Shown: positions 1 through 10,812 of the stretch, one piece after another | How the letters are laid out: the number at the start of each line of letters is the position of its first letter | Position numbering within the stretch: the stretch's first letter is position 1 | Source of the DNA: Theionarchaea archaeon | GTDB taxonomy: Archaea; Methanobacteriota_B; Thermococci; Methanofastidiosales; SZ-28-30 | NCBI GenBank assembly: GCA_018992685.1 | Contig: JACVGT010000011.1 | Span: 32,001 to 96,000 of the forward strand | DNA: 64,000 bases | Direction of reading: 5' to 3' | Translations under genes and position numbers: made by a program | Notes under the pieces: generated by a model | The model's input: the letters and a program-made list of their open reading frames with translations, nothing else | Database searches by the model: none | What the model was told of the DNA's origin: nothing

Positions 1-779
1 TTTGGCACAGGCACTGCAGACATCAAAGCCTCTGTATAGGGGTGCAGGGAATTGTCAAATAGCTCTTTCTTTGGCGCCATTTCCACAATCTTTCCTACAT
101 ACATGACTGCCACCCTGTCACAAATATGACGTATGACACTGAGATCATGAGTTACAAATAAATACGTGAATCCGAATTCCTCCTGGAGATCCTGCATCAG
201 ATTCAGGATCTGGGCCTGTATGGACACGTCCAGGGCTGAAACTGGTTCATCTGCCACAATGAAATCAGGATCAACAGCCAGAGCACGGGCAATGCCAATT
301 CGCTGCCTTTGCCCTCCTGAGAACTCGTGGGGGTATCTGTTCATCTGTTCCTGAGTGAGCCCCACCTTGTCCATAATCTCCAGCACTTTCTCTTCTTTTT
401 CTTTTCCTGAAAACAGGCCATGGACTTCCATGGGTTCAGCAATGATTGCTCCCACTGTCATTCTGGGGTCAAGGGACCCAAAGGGATCCTGATAGATGAT
501 ACTCATATCTCTCCTGTATTTTCTCATTTCCTGCCTTTTGAGGGAGGTAATGTCCTCTCCTTTGAACATGATACTGCCGGAATCAGGTTCATATAGCTTG
601 AGTATTGTCTTTCCACAGGTCGTCTTGCCGCACCCGGATTCTCCCACCAACCCTAGTGTTTCTCCTTCTTTTATGGCAAATGACACATCGTCTACAGCCC
701 TGTTGATTAAGGGCTTTTTCAGGAGTCCTCCCCCTACATTGAAGTATTTTGCCAGGTTCTTGACCTCCAGCAGTGTCAT
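1..779 (-). CDS. dppF: Oligo/dipeptide ABC transporter ATP-binding subunit (DppF/OppF-like), 3' end runs off the window
   Basis: Reverse strand from ATG at 779 reads [13 protein letters not shown]...[12 protein letters not shown]...[38 protein letters not shown]; overlaps the stop of the upstream ATPase. Confidence 0.9.
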   Translation of the reverse strand, partial: MTLLEVKNLAKYFNVGGGLLKKPLINRAVDDVSFAIKEGETLGLVGESGCGKTTCGKTILKLYEPDSGSIMFKGEDITSLKRQEMRKYRRDMSIIYQDPFGSLDPRMTVGAIIAEPMEVHGLFSGKEKEEKVLEIMDKVGLTQEQMNRYPHEFSGGQRQRIGIARALAVDPDFIVADEPVSALDVSIQAQILNLMQDLQEEFGFTYLFVTHDLSVIRHICDRVAVMYVGKIVEMAPKKELFDNSLHPYTEALMSAVPVP

Positions 780-1744
780 GGTATCTCCTCCAGAAAACAG
801 CGGGTAAAATGGCTATTTTCTCGTTCTACCAGCTGGGGTTGCTCCCGTGCACACATCTCTGATGCGTGACTGCACCGGGGGTGGAACCTACATCCCGGGG
901 GTATCTGAATCAAGTTGGGAACATTCCCCTCAATAATCCTCAGCCGGTTCCTGTCCACATCCAGCCGTGGTATGGCCTGGTATAGTCCCACCGTGTACGG
1001 GTGCAGTGGATTATTGAAGATGGCTTCAACACTTCCGTATTCCACGATTTCCCCTGCATACATCACAGCTACAGTGTTGCACTGCTGAGCTATTACTCCC
1101 AGATCATGAGTAATCAGAAGAACAGAGGCCGAGAAGTCCTGCTTCAGCTTTTCCATCAGCCGGAGAATTTGAGCCTGTATAGTGACATCCAACGCTGTGG
1201 TGGGTTCATCCGCTATCAAGAGCTTCGGATTGCAGGAAAGGGCCATAGCAATCATGACTCTCTGGCGCATTCCTCCCGATAACTGGTGAGGATACTCTTT
1301 CATTCTCCGTTCTGGATCGGGGATGCCCACGACGTGCAGCATATCAGTGGCCTTCTTGCGGGCTTCCTCCTTATCCAATCCCTGGTGCAGCTGGATAGCT
1401 TCCATGATCTCATTGCCCACCGTGAAAACAGGGTCTAACGAGGTCATGGGTTCTTGGAAGATCATGGATATCTTGCATCCTCTTATCTTCTGCATTTGTT
1501 CTTCTGTCTTCTTCAGCAGGTCTTCGTTTTCAAGTAATACCTGACCTCCGACGATCTTCCCTGGAGGCCAGCTGATGAGCCGGATGATGGATAGAGCAGT
1601 CACGGATTTCCCGCATCCTGATTCTCCCACCAGTCCAAAGGTTTCTTCCTTCTCTATGGTGAGACTTACATCATCCACAGCCTTGACGATGCCATCATCA
1701 GTGAAAAACTGAGTCTTCAGGTTGTTGACTTCTAGGAGGCTCAT
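776..1744 (-). CDS. dppD: Oligo/dipeptide ABC transporter ATP-binding subunit (DppD/OppD-like)
   Basis: Walker [17 protein letters not shown] signature, DEPTTALD, C-terminal GCRFHPRC oligopeptide-ABC motif. Confidence 0.93.
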   Translation of the reverse strand: MSLLEVNNLKTQFFTDDGIVKAVDDVSLTIEKEETFGLVGESGCGKSVTALSIIRLISWPPGKIVGGQVLLENEDLLKKTEEQMQKIRGCKISMIFQEPMTSLDPVFTVGNEIMEAIQLHQGLDKEEARKKATDMLHVVGIPDPERRMKEYPHQLSGGMRQRVMIAMALSCNPKLLIADEPTTALDVTIQAQILRLMEKLKQDFSASVLLITHDLGVIAQQCNTVAVMYAGEIVEYGSVEAIFNNPLHPYTVGLYQAIPRLDVDRNRLRIIEGNVPNLIQIPPGCRFHPRCSHASEMCAREQPQLVERENSHFTRCFLEEIP

Positions 1745-2637
1745 AGCTTGGCACCTCCCTTCAGTCGTGGATCCAATGCATCTCGCAATCCATCACCCAA
1801 TAGATTCAGCGATATTACTGAAAGGAGTATAGCTATCCCGGGAAAAGTAGCAGCCCACCATGCCCCTGTTACCAGGTACTTCCGTGACAGTGACAGAGCG
1901 AGACCCCACTCGGGTGAGGGCGCCTGCGCTCCCACTCCCAGAAATCCCAGAGCTGCAGCATCCAGAATGGCAGTGGCCAGCATCAAAGTAGAATACACAA
2001 TGATGGGGGCAAGTGAGTTGGGCAAGACGTGTTTGAAAATGATCCGCCAGGTAGATGACCCGATGGCATGCTCCGCCTCGATATATTCTGTCTCTTTTAT
2101 TGATAGCACAGCTCCTCTTACCACCCTGGCCATCTGAGGGGTATACACGATACCAATGGCCAGCATGGCCTTGTCAATTCCCCTCCCAAGCGTACCTGCC
2201 ACCACCAGAGCCAGCAGTAGTGCAGGATAGGCAAATAGAATATCTACAATACGCATGACAACATTATCTACAGCTCCTCCAAAGTATCCTGCTGAGATAC
2301 CCATGAGAATACCCATGCCCACAGCGAATCCTAGGGCAACAAACCCCACACTGAGGGTGACTCTCCCTCCATAAAACAAGCGCGAAAGCAGGTCCCGTCC
2401 CAAGGCATCTGTACCGAGGTAAAACCCTGGTAACCCGTCATCGGACCAGAACCCTGGTTTCAGCTGACGATCAAGATCTACATCATGAGGGTCATGAGGG
2501 GCAAACAGAGGAGCACCCACACTCAGAGTGACTATGATAAACAGCAGTCCCAGCCCAAACATGGCTGACTTATTCTTCCGCATCTGGCGCGTGACATCTT
2601 GAATCCGTGTTCGTCTCTTGATTTCTTCTTCTGCCAT
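1741..2637 (-). CDS. dppC: Peptide ABC transporter permease (DppC-like)
   Basis: [13 protein letters not shown] motif, EAA loop ([10 protein letters not shown]), PEWG motif. Confidence 0.93.
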   Translation of the reverse strand: MAEEEIKRRTRIQDVTRQMRKNKSAMFGLGLLFIIVTLSVGAPLFAPHDPHDVDLDRQLKPGFWSDDGLPGFYLGTDALGRDLLSRLFYGGRVTLSVGFVALGFAVGMGILMGISAGYFGGAVDNVVMRIVDILFAYPALLLALVVAGTLGRGIDKAMLAIGIVYTPQMARVVRGAVLSIKETEYIEAEHAIGSSTWRIIFKHVLPNSLAPIIVYSTLMLATAILDAAALGFLGVGAQAPSPEWGLALSLSRKYLVTGAWWAATFPGIAILLSVISLNLLGDGLRDALDPRLKGGAKL

Positions 2638-2648
2638 AGTATCACCTA

Positions 2649-3653
2649 TTATTTGTACTTGATACGCGGATCGATGTAGACGTAAATGATATCAGTAGCC
2701 AAGTTAATGATCACGAACGCAGTGGCAAAGAACAGCGTAAATCCTTGAATCACAGGATAGTCATAGGCCAGTATAGCGTCTGCAATGTACTTGCCCAGTC
2801 CTGGCAAGGTAAATATCGTTTCTGTCAGTACTGCCCCCCCCATGAGCAATCCAACATTCATACCGATAACAGTGACGATGGGGATCAATGCATTACGAAT
2901 AGCATGTTTGTAGACAACCACTCGTTCTGAGAGGCCTTTTGCTCTCTCCGTTCTGATGTAATCCTGCCGCAGGACTTCCAGCATGGAAGACCTGGTCATT
3001 CTGGCGATTGTGGCCATGGGAATGGTGGCCAAAGCCACGGAAGGCAATATCAGGTGCTTGATACTGTCTAGAAATGCTTCCCCATTAAATGTCAGGATGC
3101 TGTCCAGGATGTTGAGTCCGGTAATCCGTTCCAGGTAGATACCTGTGGTCAGCCTCCCCCCTATGGGAAGTACTCCAAGTTTGACTCCAAAAATGAACAG
3201 CATCATCAGTCCAAGCCAGAACACAGGCATGGACACACCAAACAGGGCTCCAAACATGACCCCATAATCAACTGGTGAATACTGACGGACAGCGGAAACA
3301 ATTCCAGCAAGAATACCAAAAAATGATGCGATAATCATGGCAAATATCGATAGCTCCAAGGTGGTGGGTAGTCGTTCCACAATTTCAACCGTAACCAATT
3401 CACGGGATTTGATTGATCTTCCCAAGTCACCTTTCAGAGCCATTTCAATCCAGATAAGGTACTGTTCATAAATAGGTTTGTCCAGGTGGTATTTTTCCCG
3501 TATCTGTTCTAGTACCTGGGCAGTGGCGTGTTCACCTGCCAGATTGACGGCAGGATCTCCTGGTGCTGCTCGTACCAGCACGAAGGTGATAATAGAAACA
3601 CCAAAAAGCACCACTACGAGCATTGCCAATCGTTTCAGGACATATTCTTTCAT
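2649..3653 (-). CDS. dppB: Peptide ABC transporter permease (DppB-like)
   Basis: PGDP motif, GDLGRS, DYIRTERAKGL EAA loop. Confidence 0.93.
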   Translation of the reverse strand: MKEYVLKRLAMLVVVLFGVSIITFVLVRAAPGDPAVNLAGEHATAQVLEQIREKYHLDKPIYEQYLIWIEMALKGDLGRSIKSRELVTVEIVERLPTTLELSIFAMIIASFFGILAGIVSAVRQYSPVDYGVMFGALFGVSMPVFWLGLMMLFIFGVKLGVLPIGGRLTTGIYLERITGLNILDSILTFNGEAFLDSIKHLILPSVALATIPMATIARMTRSSMLEVLRQDYIRTERAKGLSERVVVYKHAIRNALIPIVTVIGMNVGLLMGGAVLTETIFTLPGLGKYIADAILAYDYPVIQGFTLFFATAFVIINLATDIIYVYIDPRIKYK

Positions 3654-3686
3654 CTTTTCACCTCAAAAAAGAAAAAAGGGAAAGAT

Positions 3687-5414
3687 TTATTTTCTTTTGA
3701 TTCGCAGGACAATTCCTCCCACCAAGAGAAGAGCGACGAAGAGTGTTCCCAGTCCAGCTCCTCCTTCTTCTTCTACCCATACAGGATAGAAGAACTTTCT
3801 GCTTGTGGGGTGAATGACGTAACCATGCACCGTGGACAGGAAGGCAAGGTTCTGGTCGGCATGTGCAATGAAGACATGGGAGCACTGGTCTACCAGAAGT
3901 TTGTTTGCCTGTTCATACAGAGCACCTCTCTCATCCTGGTCATACGTCAACAGCGCCCTGTTGAGAAGATCCTGGAATTCAGGGTTCTTCTTGAATCCGA
4001 TGTTACCTGCACTGCCTACTGTTGCCTTGTCCTGGGAGTACAGCACATTGAGGAAGTTGTCAGGGTCACCGTTGTCCCCTGTCCATCCCAGCATAGCCAT
4101 GGCGTGCTTGCCGGCCTCAGTGTCCTGCAGATAGGTACCCCAGTCTTCAGTGAACAGCTCCACCGTGATACCTACTTCTGCCAGATCTGCCTGGATTGCC
4201 TCTGCAATCTCGGTGGGTACAGGGAAGTACGGTCGTGAAACAGGCATGTGCCACAAGACTACTTCAAACCCGTCAGGGTATCCTGCTGCTGTCAGGAGGT
4301 CCCGTGCTTTCTGTGGATTGTACTCATATCCTGTGATGGCATTGTTGTATCCAAACAGGACAGGGGGCATCCCCTGGTTGGCCGCAGTAGCTGCTCCCTG
4401 GTACAGGTTCCTGACTATTGCATCTTTGTCAATAGCATGAGCAATGGCCTGCCTTACACGGACATCATTGAATGGCTCAAAGGCTCCAGTCACGTCCACT
4501 TCTTCACCTGAATCCCACTTACCATTCTCGTTTGCGTCAACGTATCCTTCGCCGCAGTTCAATGCAATGTATCCCACGTTCATTCCTGCCTGTGAGATCA
4601 GCTGCAGTTTTGGATCATTCTTGATAATGTCCAGCTGCTTGGGGTCAACGTGCTCAATTCCGTGGACTTCTCCTGCCTGCAATGCCATTAACCGGGCCGA
4701 TGGATCTGGAATAACTTTGAAGACCAATTCATCAATTTGGGGCGGGTCTCGCCAGTAGTCCTCGAAAGCCCTCAGAGTAATGTGGTCGTCCTTAACCCAT
4801 TCCACAAACTCAAAGGGTCCAGTTCCTACAGGGTTCTTAAAGTAATCCTCCCCGTATTGTTGTGCAGCCTTTTCACTAACAATACACACAGTAAACATAG
4901 CCAGACTTGTCATGATCGAAGCATTGGGCTGCCTCATGTGGATAGCGACCTTGTACGTATCCAGCTTCTCCACACTCTCAATATCAGTGTACATGTAGCC
5001 CCAGTAGGCCCATTCACCTTTGTCGTAGTACCAGTTGCTTGAATCGTACTGTCTTGCGAAGGAGAAAACCACGTCATCAGCAGTCACTTCACCAAACCCG
5101 TGATGGAACTGCACACCTTTTCTCAGGTTGAACGTGATAGTTTTCTTGTCATCTGAGACATTCCAGTCTGTTGCAAGGCATGCCCTGATGTTGGTGGTTC
5201 CACCATCATATTCTACAAGACCTTCGTGTATGTTGTCCATCCTCTGGATGGATTCACCGTCTGTAACATCTGCAGGATCAAGTCGTACTGCATCACCGGA
5301 TGAACCGAAGATAAAGATTGTTTTCGTCTCTGGTGCCTTTTCTTGGCCCACACATCCGGCCAATAAGGTTACCAAAACCAGCACAGCTGCGATCGCTTTA
5401 AGTTTTGTTTTCAT
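3687..5414 (-). CDS. dppA: Peptide ABC transporter substrate-binding lipoprotein (family 5, DppA-like) with C-terminal membrane anchor
   Basis: Lipobox LAGC, LRKGVQFH, PVGTGPF, GWTGDNGDPDNFL; hydrophobic C-terminus ending RIKRK. Confidence 0.92.
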   Translation of the reverse strand: MKTKLKAIAAVLVLVTLLAGCVGQEKAPETKTIFIFGSSGDAVRLDPADVTDGESIQRMDNIHEGLVEYDGGTTNIRACLATDWNVSDDKKTITFNLRKGVQFHHGFGEVTADDVVFSFARQYDSSNWYYDKGEWAYWGYMYTDIESVEKLDTYKVAIHMRQPNASIMTSLAMFTVCIVSEKAAQQYGEDYFKNPVGTGPFEFVEWVKDDHITLRAFEDYWRDPPQIDELVFKVIPDPSARLMALQAGEVHGIEHVDPKQLDIIKNDPKLQLISQAGMNVGYIALNCGEGYVDANENGKWDSGEEVDVTGAFEPFNDVRVRQAIAHAIDKDAIVRNLYQGAATAANQGMPPVLFGYNNAITGYEYNPQKARDLLTAAGYPDGFEVVLWHMPVSRPYFPVPTEIAEAIQADLAEVGITVELFTEDWGTYLQDTEAGKHAMAMLGWTGDNGDPDNFLNVLYSQDKATVGSAGNIGFKKNPEFQDLLNRALLTYDQDERGALYEQANKLLVDQCSHVFIAHADQNLAFLSTVHGYVIHPTSRKFFYPVWVEEEGGAGLGTLFVALLLVGGIVLRIKRK

Positions 5415-5472
5415 GTTTTCCCTCCTATTGTGAGAACTAGAGTTCTCCTTAGTTCAAAGACAGCTTTTTCAA

Positions 5473-5487
5473 TATATAAAGCTTTCG
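5473..5487 (-). promoter_or_regulatory. BRE/TATA promoter of the dpp operon
   Basis: Reverse strand CGAAAGCTTTATATA about 60 nt upstream of the dppA ATG, which has a GGAGG RBS. Confidence 0.7.
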
Positions 5488-5766
5488 ATGTTCATAGTTT
5501 GAAGAGTTCTTCGTCAGTCTTCTGCTCTATAGGCTAGAAAACACATTCTGATCAACGAGGTGGCAAAATTTCTCGACTATCTGAGATGTTCCTCAGGTAT
5601 TTCCACCACAGAATGAGAAGGGACCCTTACCCTCAGTTATTGATTTCTCGGATGGGGTTCATGCAGCTCCTCCTGTTCTAGCTTGATCTCATGAATTGCA
5701 GGGGATTTTCGATTACACGGTCTGGAGCCCCCGAACTCTTTTAAGTGCTCATTCCCCAGGTGGTCT

Positions 5767-6183
5767 GTGAACTATACCATGGTGGAAACGGATTCAGGCT
5801 ACAGGGTATTCCAAGACCGAATTGCCCTCCTGGATGGAATGCAGCTCAGGTTCCTCTATGATGTAGGACGTTGTCAAATTGCCGATACAAATTCGCTCTT
5901 TGCCTATTTTGAATCCATTGAAGCCTTTGAGCAACTGATTGCCCTTGACCTTGTCACCCTGCGGCCTCATCGAGTGCCCGGACCCGGGGAGAAAAAGGTG
6001 ATCCAGTGGAAAGGGATCCTGTTCTATGCAATTCAGGCTTCCGTATTTAGACCAGAGGTAACAGAGAAGGGCATCCACCTCCTTCAGGAAGTGAAGAAAA
6101 GTGATTCCTTCTCAGCATGCATGGAAGATATGGACCAGAAAATCGCAGAGAAACTCGTGTACCTGAGGATTGAGCATGACTAG
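5767..6183 (+). CDS. Hypothetical protein
   Basis: 138-aa ORF after a TTTTAAG TATA-like box; its stop overlaps the next start; no family recognised. Confidence 0.6.
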   Translation: MNYTMVETDSGYRVFQDRIALLDGMQLRFLYDVGRCQIADTNSLFAYFESIEAFEQLIALDLVTLRPHRVPGPGEKKVIQWKGILFYAIQASVFRPEVTEKGIHLLQEVKKSDSFSACMEDMDQKIAEKLVYLRIEHD

Positions 6184-6814
6184 AAAGCCCTTGTACTATG
6201 TTTCCAGAGAAAAGAAGACCTACCACATTGGGTTCCGGAGCTCGGGGAGAAATGAACTGCTGAAATCACGGCTTTCGCGTTTTATGGAAGGGTTTACAGC
6301 GGATTCATGGCTCAGAGAGACTGATTCTGCAGTGTACGCCTTTTGCCGTTCTCTTCCCGAGAGTGTGGTGAATCTCTGGTTCTCGCAGATTTCACGAGAA
6401 CGTTCTGCCATCAAGGAATCAAGAAATGCAGTAAAAGTGGGAAAAGACGGAAGAGCTTCAAAAGCTGTAAAGGTAAGGAAAACAGGAAAGTACAATAATC
6501 TGGTCTCCTCTGTGATTCGTCAGCTTCCACGAAAGAGAATTCGCAGCATAGGGGAGCTCTACTACAGGATTCCTCCCTCTGTTCCTCCCGACATTTCCAG
6601 GACTGGTAGGAGGAAAAGGAAAAAGGATCTTGCAACACTCAAAGAAGAGGTCATGGCTCAACGATTGTGGGAACCATTTGTCCCCACATGCAGTGAATGT
6701 GCTTTCTGGGAAAAACACATCCTCCCCTACAGCCAGGTGAATACAGGCCAGTGCAAGGCTACGAGAAATCTGGTAGAGGGAGAGAACAAGGCCTGCTCTG
6801 AATTTCAAAAGTAG
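6176..6814 (+). CDS. Basic hypothetical protein with C-terminal Cys4 cluster (possible Zn-binding)
   Basis: Lys/Arg-rich; CSEC...C...C near the C-terminus; ATG at 6176 overlaps the upstream gene end. Confidence 0.6.
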   Translation: MTRKPLYYVSREKKTYHIGFRSSGRNELLKSRLSRFMEGFTADSWLRETDSAVYAFCRSLPESVVNLWFSQISRERSAIKESRNAVKVGKDGRASKAVKVRKTGKYNNLVSSVIRQLPRKRIRSIGELYYRIPPSVPPDISRTGRRKRKKDLATLKEEVMAQRLWEPFVPTCSECAFWEKHILPYSQVNTGQCKATRNLVEGENKACSEFQK

Positions 6815-6896
6815 GATGAGGGTATCATCTTATAAATTCTGGGTTACAAGCGCGTTCATTGGTAACCTTTAAAAATTCCAAATTCACGAACAGGAT

Positions 6897-8075
6897 ATGG
6901 ACTCACGACTCTGGAATGCAATCAGCATCATTGCGTTTTCTATCCTTCTGCTGCTGGGGTTTTATGTTACGCACTTCCTTCTAGATGTCCTCCTGATTGC
7001 AGTCATCATATCCTACATGGTCAGGCCTGCAAAAGAGAAGTTGCCCTTCAAGAATGAGACACTTTCAACTCTTCTGGCTGAGATTATCGTCCTAGTACCA
7101 CTTTTCCTCTTCTTGGTCTTTACCTTTCTTTCCCTTGCGAATGCGCTTGTGGCGCAGCACGCATTGAAATCCGTGCTTCAGGACATCGGAGCAATAGGGG
7201 AAACTGTCAACAGAATTGTGGGAGATTTTCTGCAGTTTCTAGGAATCAGCGAAACTCAAATTGCCGAGGCCTCTCTGGAGACGCTGACCTCACGAATTGA
7301 GGTTCTCACTCAGGACATAACAGAGACTGTTGTAACCTGGGCATTCAAACTTCCCAGCGTTATAATTCGACTGTTTCTGGCGACTTTTCTCTCTTTCTAT
7401 TTCGTGCGTGATGGGAAAAGTCTGAGAGATGCTTTGATTAAAATAACTCCAGACAACAAGAAGGAGAAAATTGCCAGAATGGTGACAGCCTGCGATGCAG
7501 TAATATATGGCATTGTGGTGGGGTATCTTTTCAAGGCTATCATCACAGCATTTCTCTCCATTATTGTATTCTACTTCCTTGGGATTGGTAACCCTTTTGT
7601 CATGGGAGTCGTGCTTGCGGTTTTTGATTTCATCCCTTTGATCGGACCCTGGACTGTCTTCCTCGGCTTGTTTCTATGGTATGCACTCCAGGGACAGGTA
7701 GCCTATGCCATCGAGGTGGCAGGAATCTGTTACTTCACCATCTCTCTGGTGCCGGAACTGTACATTCGTCCCAAGGTATCAGGGACGATTTCTCAGGTTC
7801 ATCCCATGGTGATGCTGGTAGGGATTCTGGGCGGTATCTTGTCTATGGGTCCTATCGGAGTTATTGCAGGTCCCCTCATTCTTGGAATGATTGTGGTGAT
7901 CGTCAAGAGCTACTTTCTGGACATGCGTATTGAGAAGGAAGACATTATTGGCAGGCTCCTGATAAATGCTGGGGCCCGGCTGAAGAAGCTGAACCCCAGA
8001 CAGGGCAGAGAGGCTCCTGAAGACAAAGATGAGAATGGTGAGGATGGAAGATCCGCCGGGGTGGAACAGTCATGA
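6897..8075 (+). CDS. AI-2E family (UPF0118/PerM-like) transporter
   Basis: Multi-TM; FYFVRDG, FIPLIGP, IRPK...HP...G..G...GP motifs. Confidence 0.85.
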   Translation: MDSRLWNAISIIAFSILLLLGFYVTHFLLDVLLIAVIISYMVRPAKEKLPFKNETLSTLLAEIIVLVPLFLFLVFTFLSLANALVAQHALKSVLQDIGAIGETVNRIVGDFLQFLGISETQIAEASLETLTSRIEVLTQDITETVVTWAFKLPSVIIRLFLATFLSFYFVRDGKSLRDALIKITPDNKKEKIARMVTACDAVIYGIVVGYLFKAIITAFLSIIVFYFLGIGNPFVMGVVLAVFDFIPLIGPWTVFLGLFLWYALQGQVAYAIEVAGICYFTISLVPELYIRPKVSGTISQVHPMVMLVGILGGILSMGPIGVIAGPLILGMIVVIVKSYFLDMRIEKEDIIGRLLINAGARLKKLNPRQGREAPEDKDENGEDGRSAGVEQS

Positions 8076-9085
8076 CCAACTGGAAATCACTCATCCTGCT
8101 TCTTGCTGGAATAGGTATCATTGCTCTTCTTATTCACCTGGCAGGAATGGAAAGAGTTTTCGATCTGCTCTCGGAGGCTGATTTCAAGTTCGTTGCGGCA
8201 GCAGTAGGCTGCCAGGTCATGGCATTGCTCCTATGGTCGTGGCGGTGGAAGATCCTGCTGCATCCGTTTCATGTAGCTCCATTGAGGAGATGCCTTTCAG
8301 GAATTCTCATTGGGACATTCTTCAACAATATCACTCCGATTGCCAAGGCAGGAGGTGAACCCTTCAGAGCCTACTACTTGGGGGAAAAAGAAGAGGTACG
8401 GTTTGAAGACACTTTTGCCACGGTGGCTATGGACAGGATCATGGAGAGTCTCCCGTTTCTGATTGTTTTCGTTGGCTCTGTGGTGTATGTCACGTTCCAT
8501 CACGGGACCAGTGGTGAAATGATCATTGTTGTGGGGTTTGCCCTTTTTCTTAATATTCTCCTGCTGGCGGGAGTATTGTATCTTTCGTACAATCTGGGAG
8601 CTGCCAAGAGATTGATATTCATGTTTTTTGGGTTGGTGGGCCGCTTTTCCAACAGATTGGAAAAGTATGAGAGTGCAGTGGAAGAAGCTGTAGAACGATA
8701 TCATGGTGCCATAAAGATGTTATTTTCCCATCAGACGAGACTCTTCGCTTCTTTCTGTATTTCATCAGTATTCTGGCTTCTTTTAATTCTCAGGAACTAC
8801 TTAGTAGTTCTTGCCCTCGGATATGAAGTCGAATTCTCGGTTATTGTGGTGATCCAGACCGTAAGCACCCTTGTTGGAATCATTCCCATATTGCCAGGAG
8901 GTCTGGGTTCGACTGATGGGATCATGATATTCCTGTATCTTTCTTTCGGATTTCCGGCTGCAGCAGCAGTGAGTGCCTCTCTCCTGGACCGATTCATAAG
9001 TTACTGGATGGTGACCACACTCGGTGCTGTTGTCGTAATTGCTGAGCGGAATCTGCTGAGAGGACAGGATTCCTCGTCTGGGTGA
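8072..9085 (+). CDS. UPF0104 / lysylphosphatidylglycerol-synthase TM-domain (flippase-like) protein
   Basis: RWKILL, FFNNITP.AKAGGEPFRAY, PGGLGSTD, LLDRFISYW motifs. Confidence 0.85.
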   Translation: MTNWKSLILLLAGIGIIALLIHLAGMERVFDLLSEADFKFVAAAVGCQVMALLLWSWRWKILLHPFHVAPLRRCLSGILIGTFFNNITPIAKAGGEPFRAYYLGEKEEVRFEDTFATVAMDRIMESLPFLIVFVGSVVYVTFHHGTSGEMIIVVGFALFLNILLLAGVLYLSYNLGAAKRLIFMFFGLVGRFSNRLEKYESAVEEAVERYHGAIKMLFSHQTRLFASFCISSVFWLLLILRNYLVVLALGYEVEFSVIVVIQTVSTLVGIIPILPGGLGSTDGIMIFLYLSFGFPAAAAVSASLLDRFISYWMVTTLGAVVVIAERNLLRGQDSSSG

Positions 9086-9500
9086 TGATGATCACTCCTC
9101 CTGAGATGTAGGTGCCACACGATATTTTTCGCTAGTGTATGCACCAAAGCTGCAGGCAGGCCACAGGGATTTCTGAATTTGGGGCTTCTGTCGGTTCCTG
9201 AAGTATCTCCTCCTGATACTTTTTTTGCCAGAAGACTGGATGAACTCTCTGCTGGGGATCATAGAATCCCGTTCCGGGAGCCGGAGTATTCCACTCGCAA
9301 AAATATGGCGACGTTCTCACTGTGCTCTTCTTGATGCGAGAGTGAAGTACCTCCAATGTCTTCAATAGAGGGAGAATGGAGGTATTCGTGCCTTTCATTT
9401 CTGTGTAACCCTGAAAAACACTGAACAATCAAAGTCCAGAAAGATTTATAAGTGATGAGATGAAAGCGATACACATCTCAGTCTAACGTTTGGTGATTAT

Positions 9501-9794
9501 ATGGAACGGTCAAAAGGCATCAGAAGCAGGACCAGATACAAGATGAAGAAGAAGCCCAGAGAGCGAGGGCTACCTTCTCTGTCCCGCATTCTCCAGGAAT
9601 TTGAATGCGGGCAGTATGTGCACATAGATATTGAGCCCTCTATTCACAAAGGGATGCCTCACCCTCGATTCCAGGGGAGGACTGCTGTGGTTAGAGAGAA
9701 ACGGGGCAGTTCCTATGTTCTGGAAATTCGAGAAGGATCAAAGCACAAAACCATAATTGCGCGACCTGAACATCTTCGGCCTCAGGAGGGATAG
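9501..9794 (+). CDS. rpl21e: 50S ribosomal protein L21e
   Basis: SKGIRSRTRYKMKK, HKGMPHPRFQGRT, RPEHL. Confidence 0.97.
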   Translation: MERSKGIRSRTRYKMKKKPRERGLPSLSRILQEFECGQYVHIDIEPSIHKGMPHPRFQGRTAVVREKRGSSYVLEIREGSKHKTIIARPEHLRPQEG

Positions 9795-9796
9795 GA

Positions 9797-10135
9797 TTGG
9801 ATGGGAAGCAAATTGAAAAGTCTGAACCAGTTACCCTAGCTGAGGTTAGAGCTATTCTTTCCTCTCGCAGAGAGGCTGGGGATCTTCTGTATGAGCAGAG
9901 CATTGCTCTGGATCATGCCAACAAGTTTGCCCGCCTGGACATTGAAAAGGCTCACAAACTCGTTGAAGAGCTGGTGGAATCAGGAGTCCGGAAGGATATG
10001 GCCTGTAAACTTGCTGATCTTCTTCCCCAGAGCAAAGAAGAGCTCCAGATGCTCTTTCCAAAAGAACGGTTCATTTCAGATGAACCCCTGATAGAAAAAA
10101 TCATTTCGACTATTCAGAAATATGGGGAGAGCTAG
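9797..10135 (+). CDS. rpo4: DNA-directed RNA polymerase subunit Rpo4 (F)
   Basis: VTLAEVRAIL...YEQSIALDHANKF...KLADLLP; conserved position after rpl21e. Confidence 0.9.
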   Translation: MDGKQIEKSEPVTLAEVRAILSSRREAGDLLYEQSIALDHANKFARLDIEKAHKLVEELVESGVRKDMACKLADLLPQSKEELQMLFPKERFISDEPLIEKIISTIQKYGES

Positions 10136-10678
10136 ATGCAAAAAACGTATGAAGACTATGGTGTTGTCCTTGACTTTCTGCCCCAGGGCTATCCAACAGA
10201 GAAAGGGTTCAAGAGAACCCCCATCGTGCAGCTCCTGGGGGAAGCCCACTTCTCTCTATTGGAGGCAATCCCGCGAGGTCATCTGACATCCCACGAACGG
10301 GTCTTCATAGGAAAGGGAAATCGTAAGAGAATTAACCACATAAAACGACGGTTGAGTCATGATGATCTTACCAGCTCTGCAAAGGCAGAGTTGCCCTATG
10401 TTGTTGAAGAAGTGGTGGAACGGTGCGAACAGCAATTTGTAGAGTTTTTCAATACTTCCCGTGCCATCACCATACGGTATCACCAGCTGGAGCTCTTGAG
10501 TGGAGTAGGGAAGAAGCTCATGAATGAGCTTTTGACCCAACGCAGGAAAGAAGAATTCAAGAGTTTTGAAGACATCAAGCAGAGAATTCCCTCTGTCCCC
10601 GATCCCAAAAGGATGATTGCCAAGAGAATCGTCACTGAAATAAAAGGGGAAGACAAATATCACATTTTTGTATTCTGA
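10136..10678 (+). CDS. DUF655 family putative nucleic-acid-binding protein
   Basis: VLDFLPQG, HQLELLSGVGKK HhH-like motif, FKSFEDI; rpl21e-rpo4-DUF655 synteny. Confidence 0.9.
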   Translation: MQKTYEDYGVVLDFLPQGYPTEKGFKRTPIVQLLGEAHFSLLEAIPRGHLTSHERVFIGKGNRKRINHIKRRLSHDDLTSSAKAELPYVVEEVVERCEQQFVEFFNTSRAITIRYHQLELLSGVGKKLMNELLTQRRKEEFKSFEDIKQRIPSVPDPKRMIAKRIVTEIKGEDKYHIFVF

Positions 10679-10812
10679 TGTAGCGACCTTTTCTTCCAGA
10701 AAGTACAAGCGAAAGTCCAGCATGCTCCTGGTCTGACTCCCCACCAGAGGATTCACCATAAAGGGTTCAAGAATGTCGATACCCAGATGAAAGAACGACG
10801 GCTTTCTCATGG

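Noticed and set aside
9132-9474. Minus-strand ORFs between the flippase-like gene and rpl21e
   Set aside because: No RBS, no recognisable motifs, and they overlap the rpl21e promoter region
10133-10138. In-frame TAG-ATG junction (also 59418-59423) as pyrrolysine/readthrough sites
   Set aside because: Both flanking genes are complete known families; tight translational coupling explains it and no pyl genes are seen
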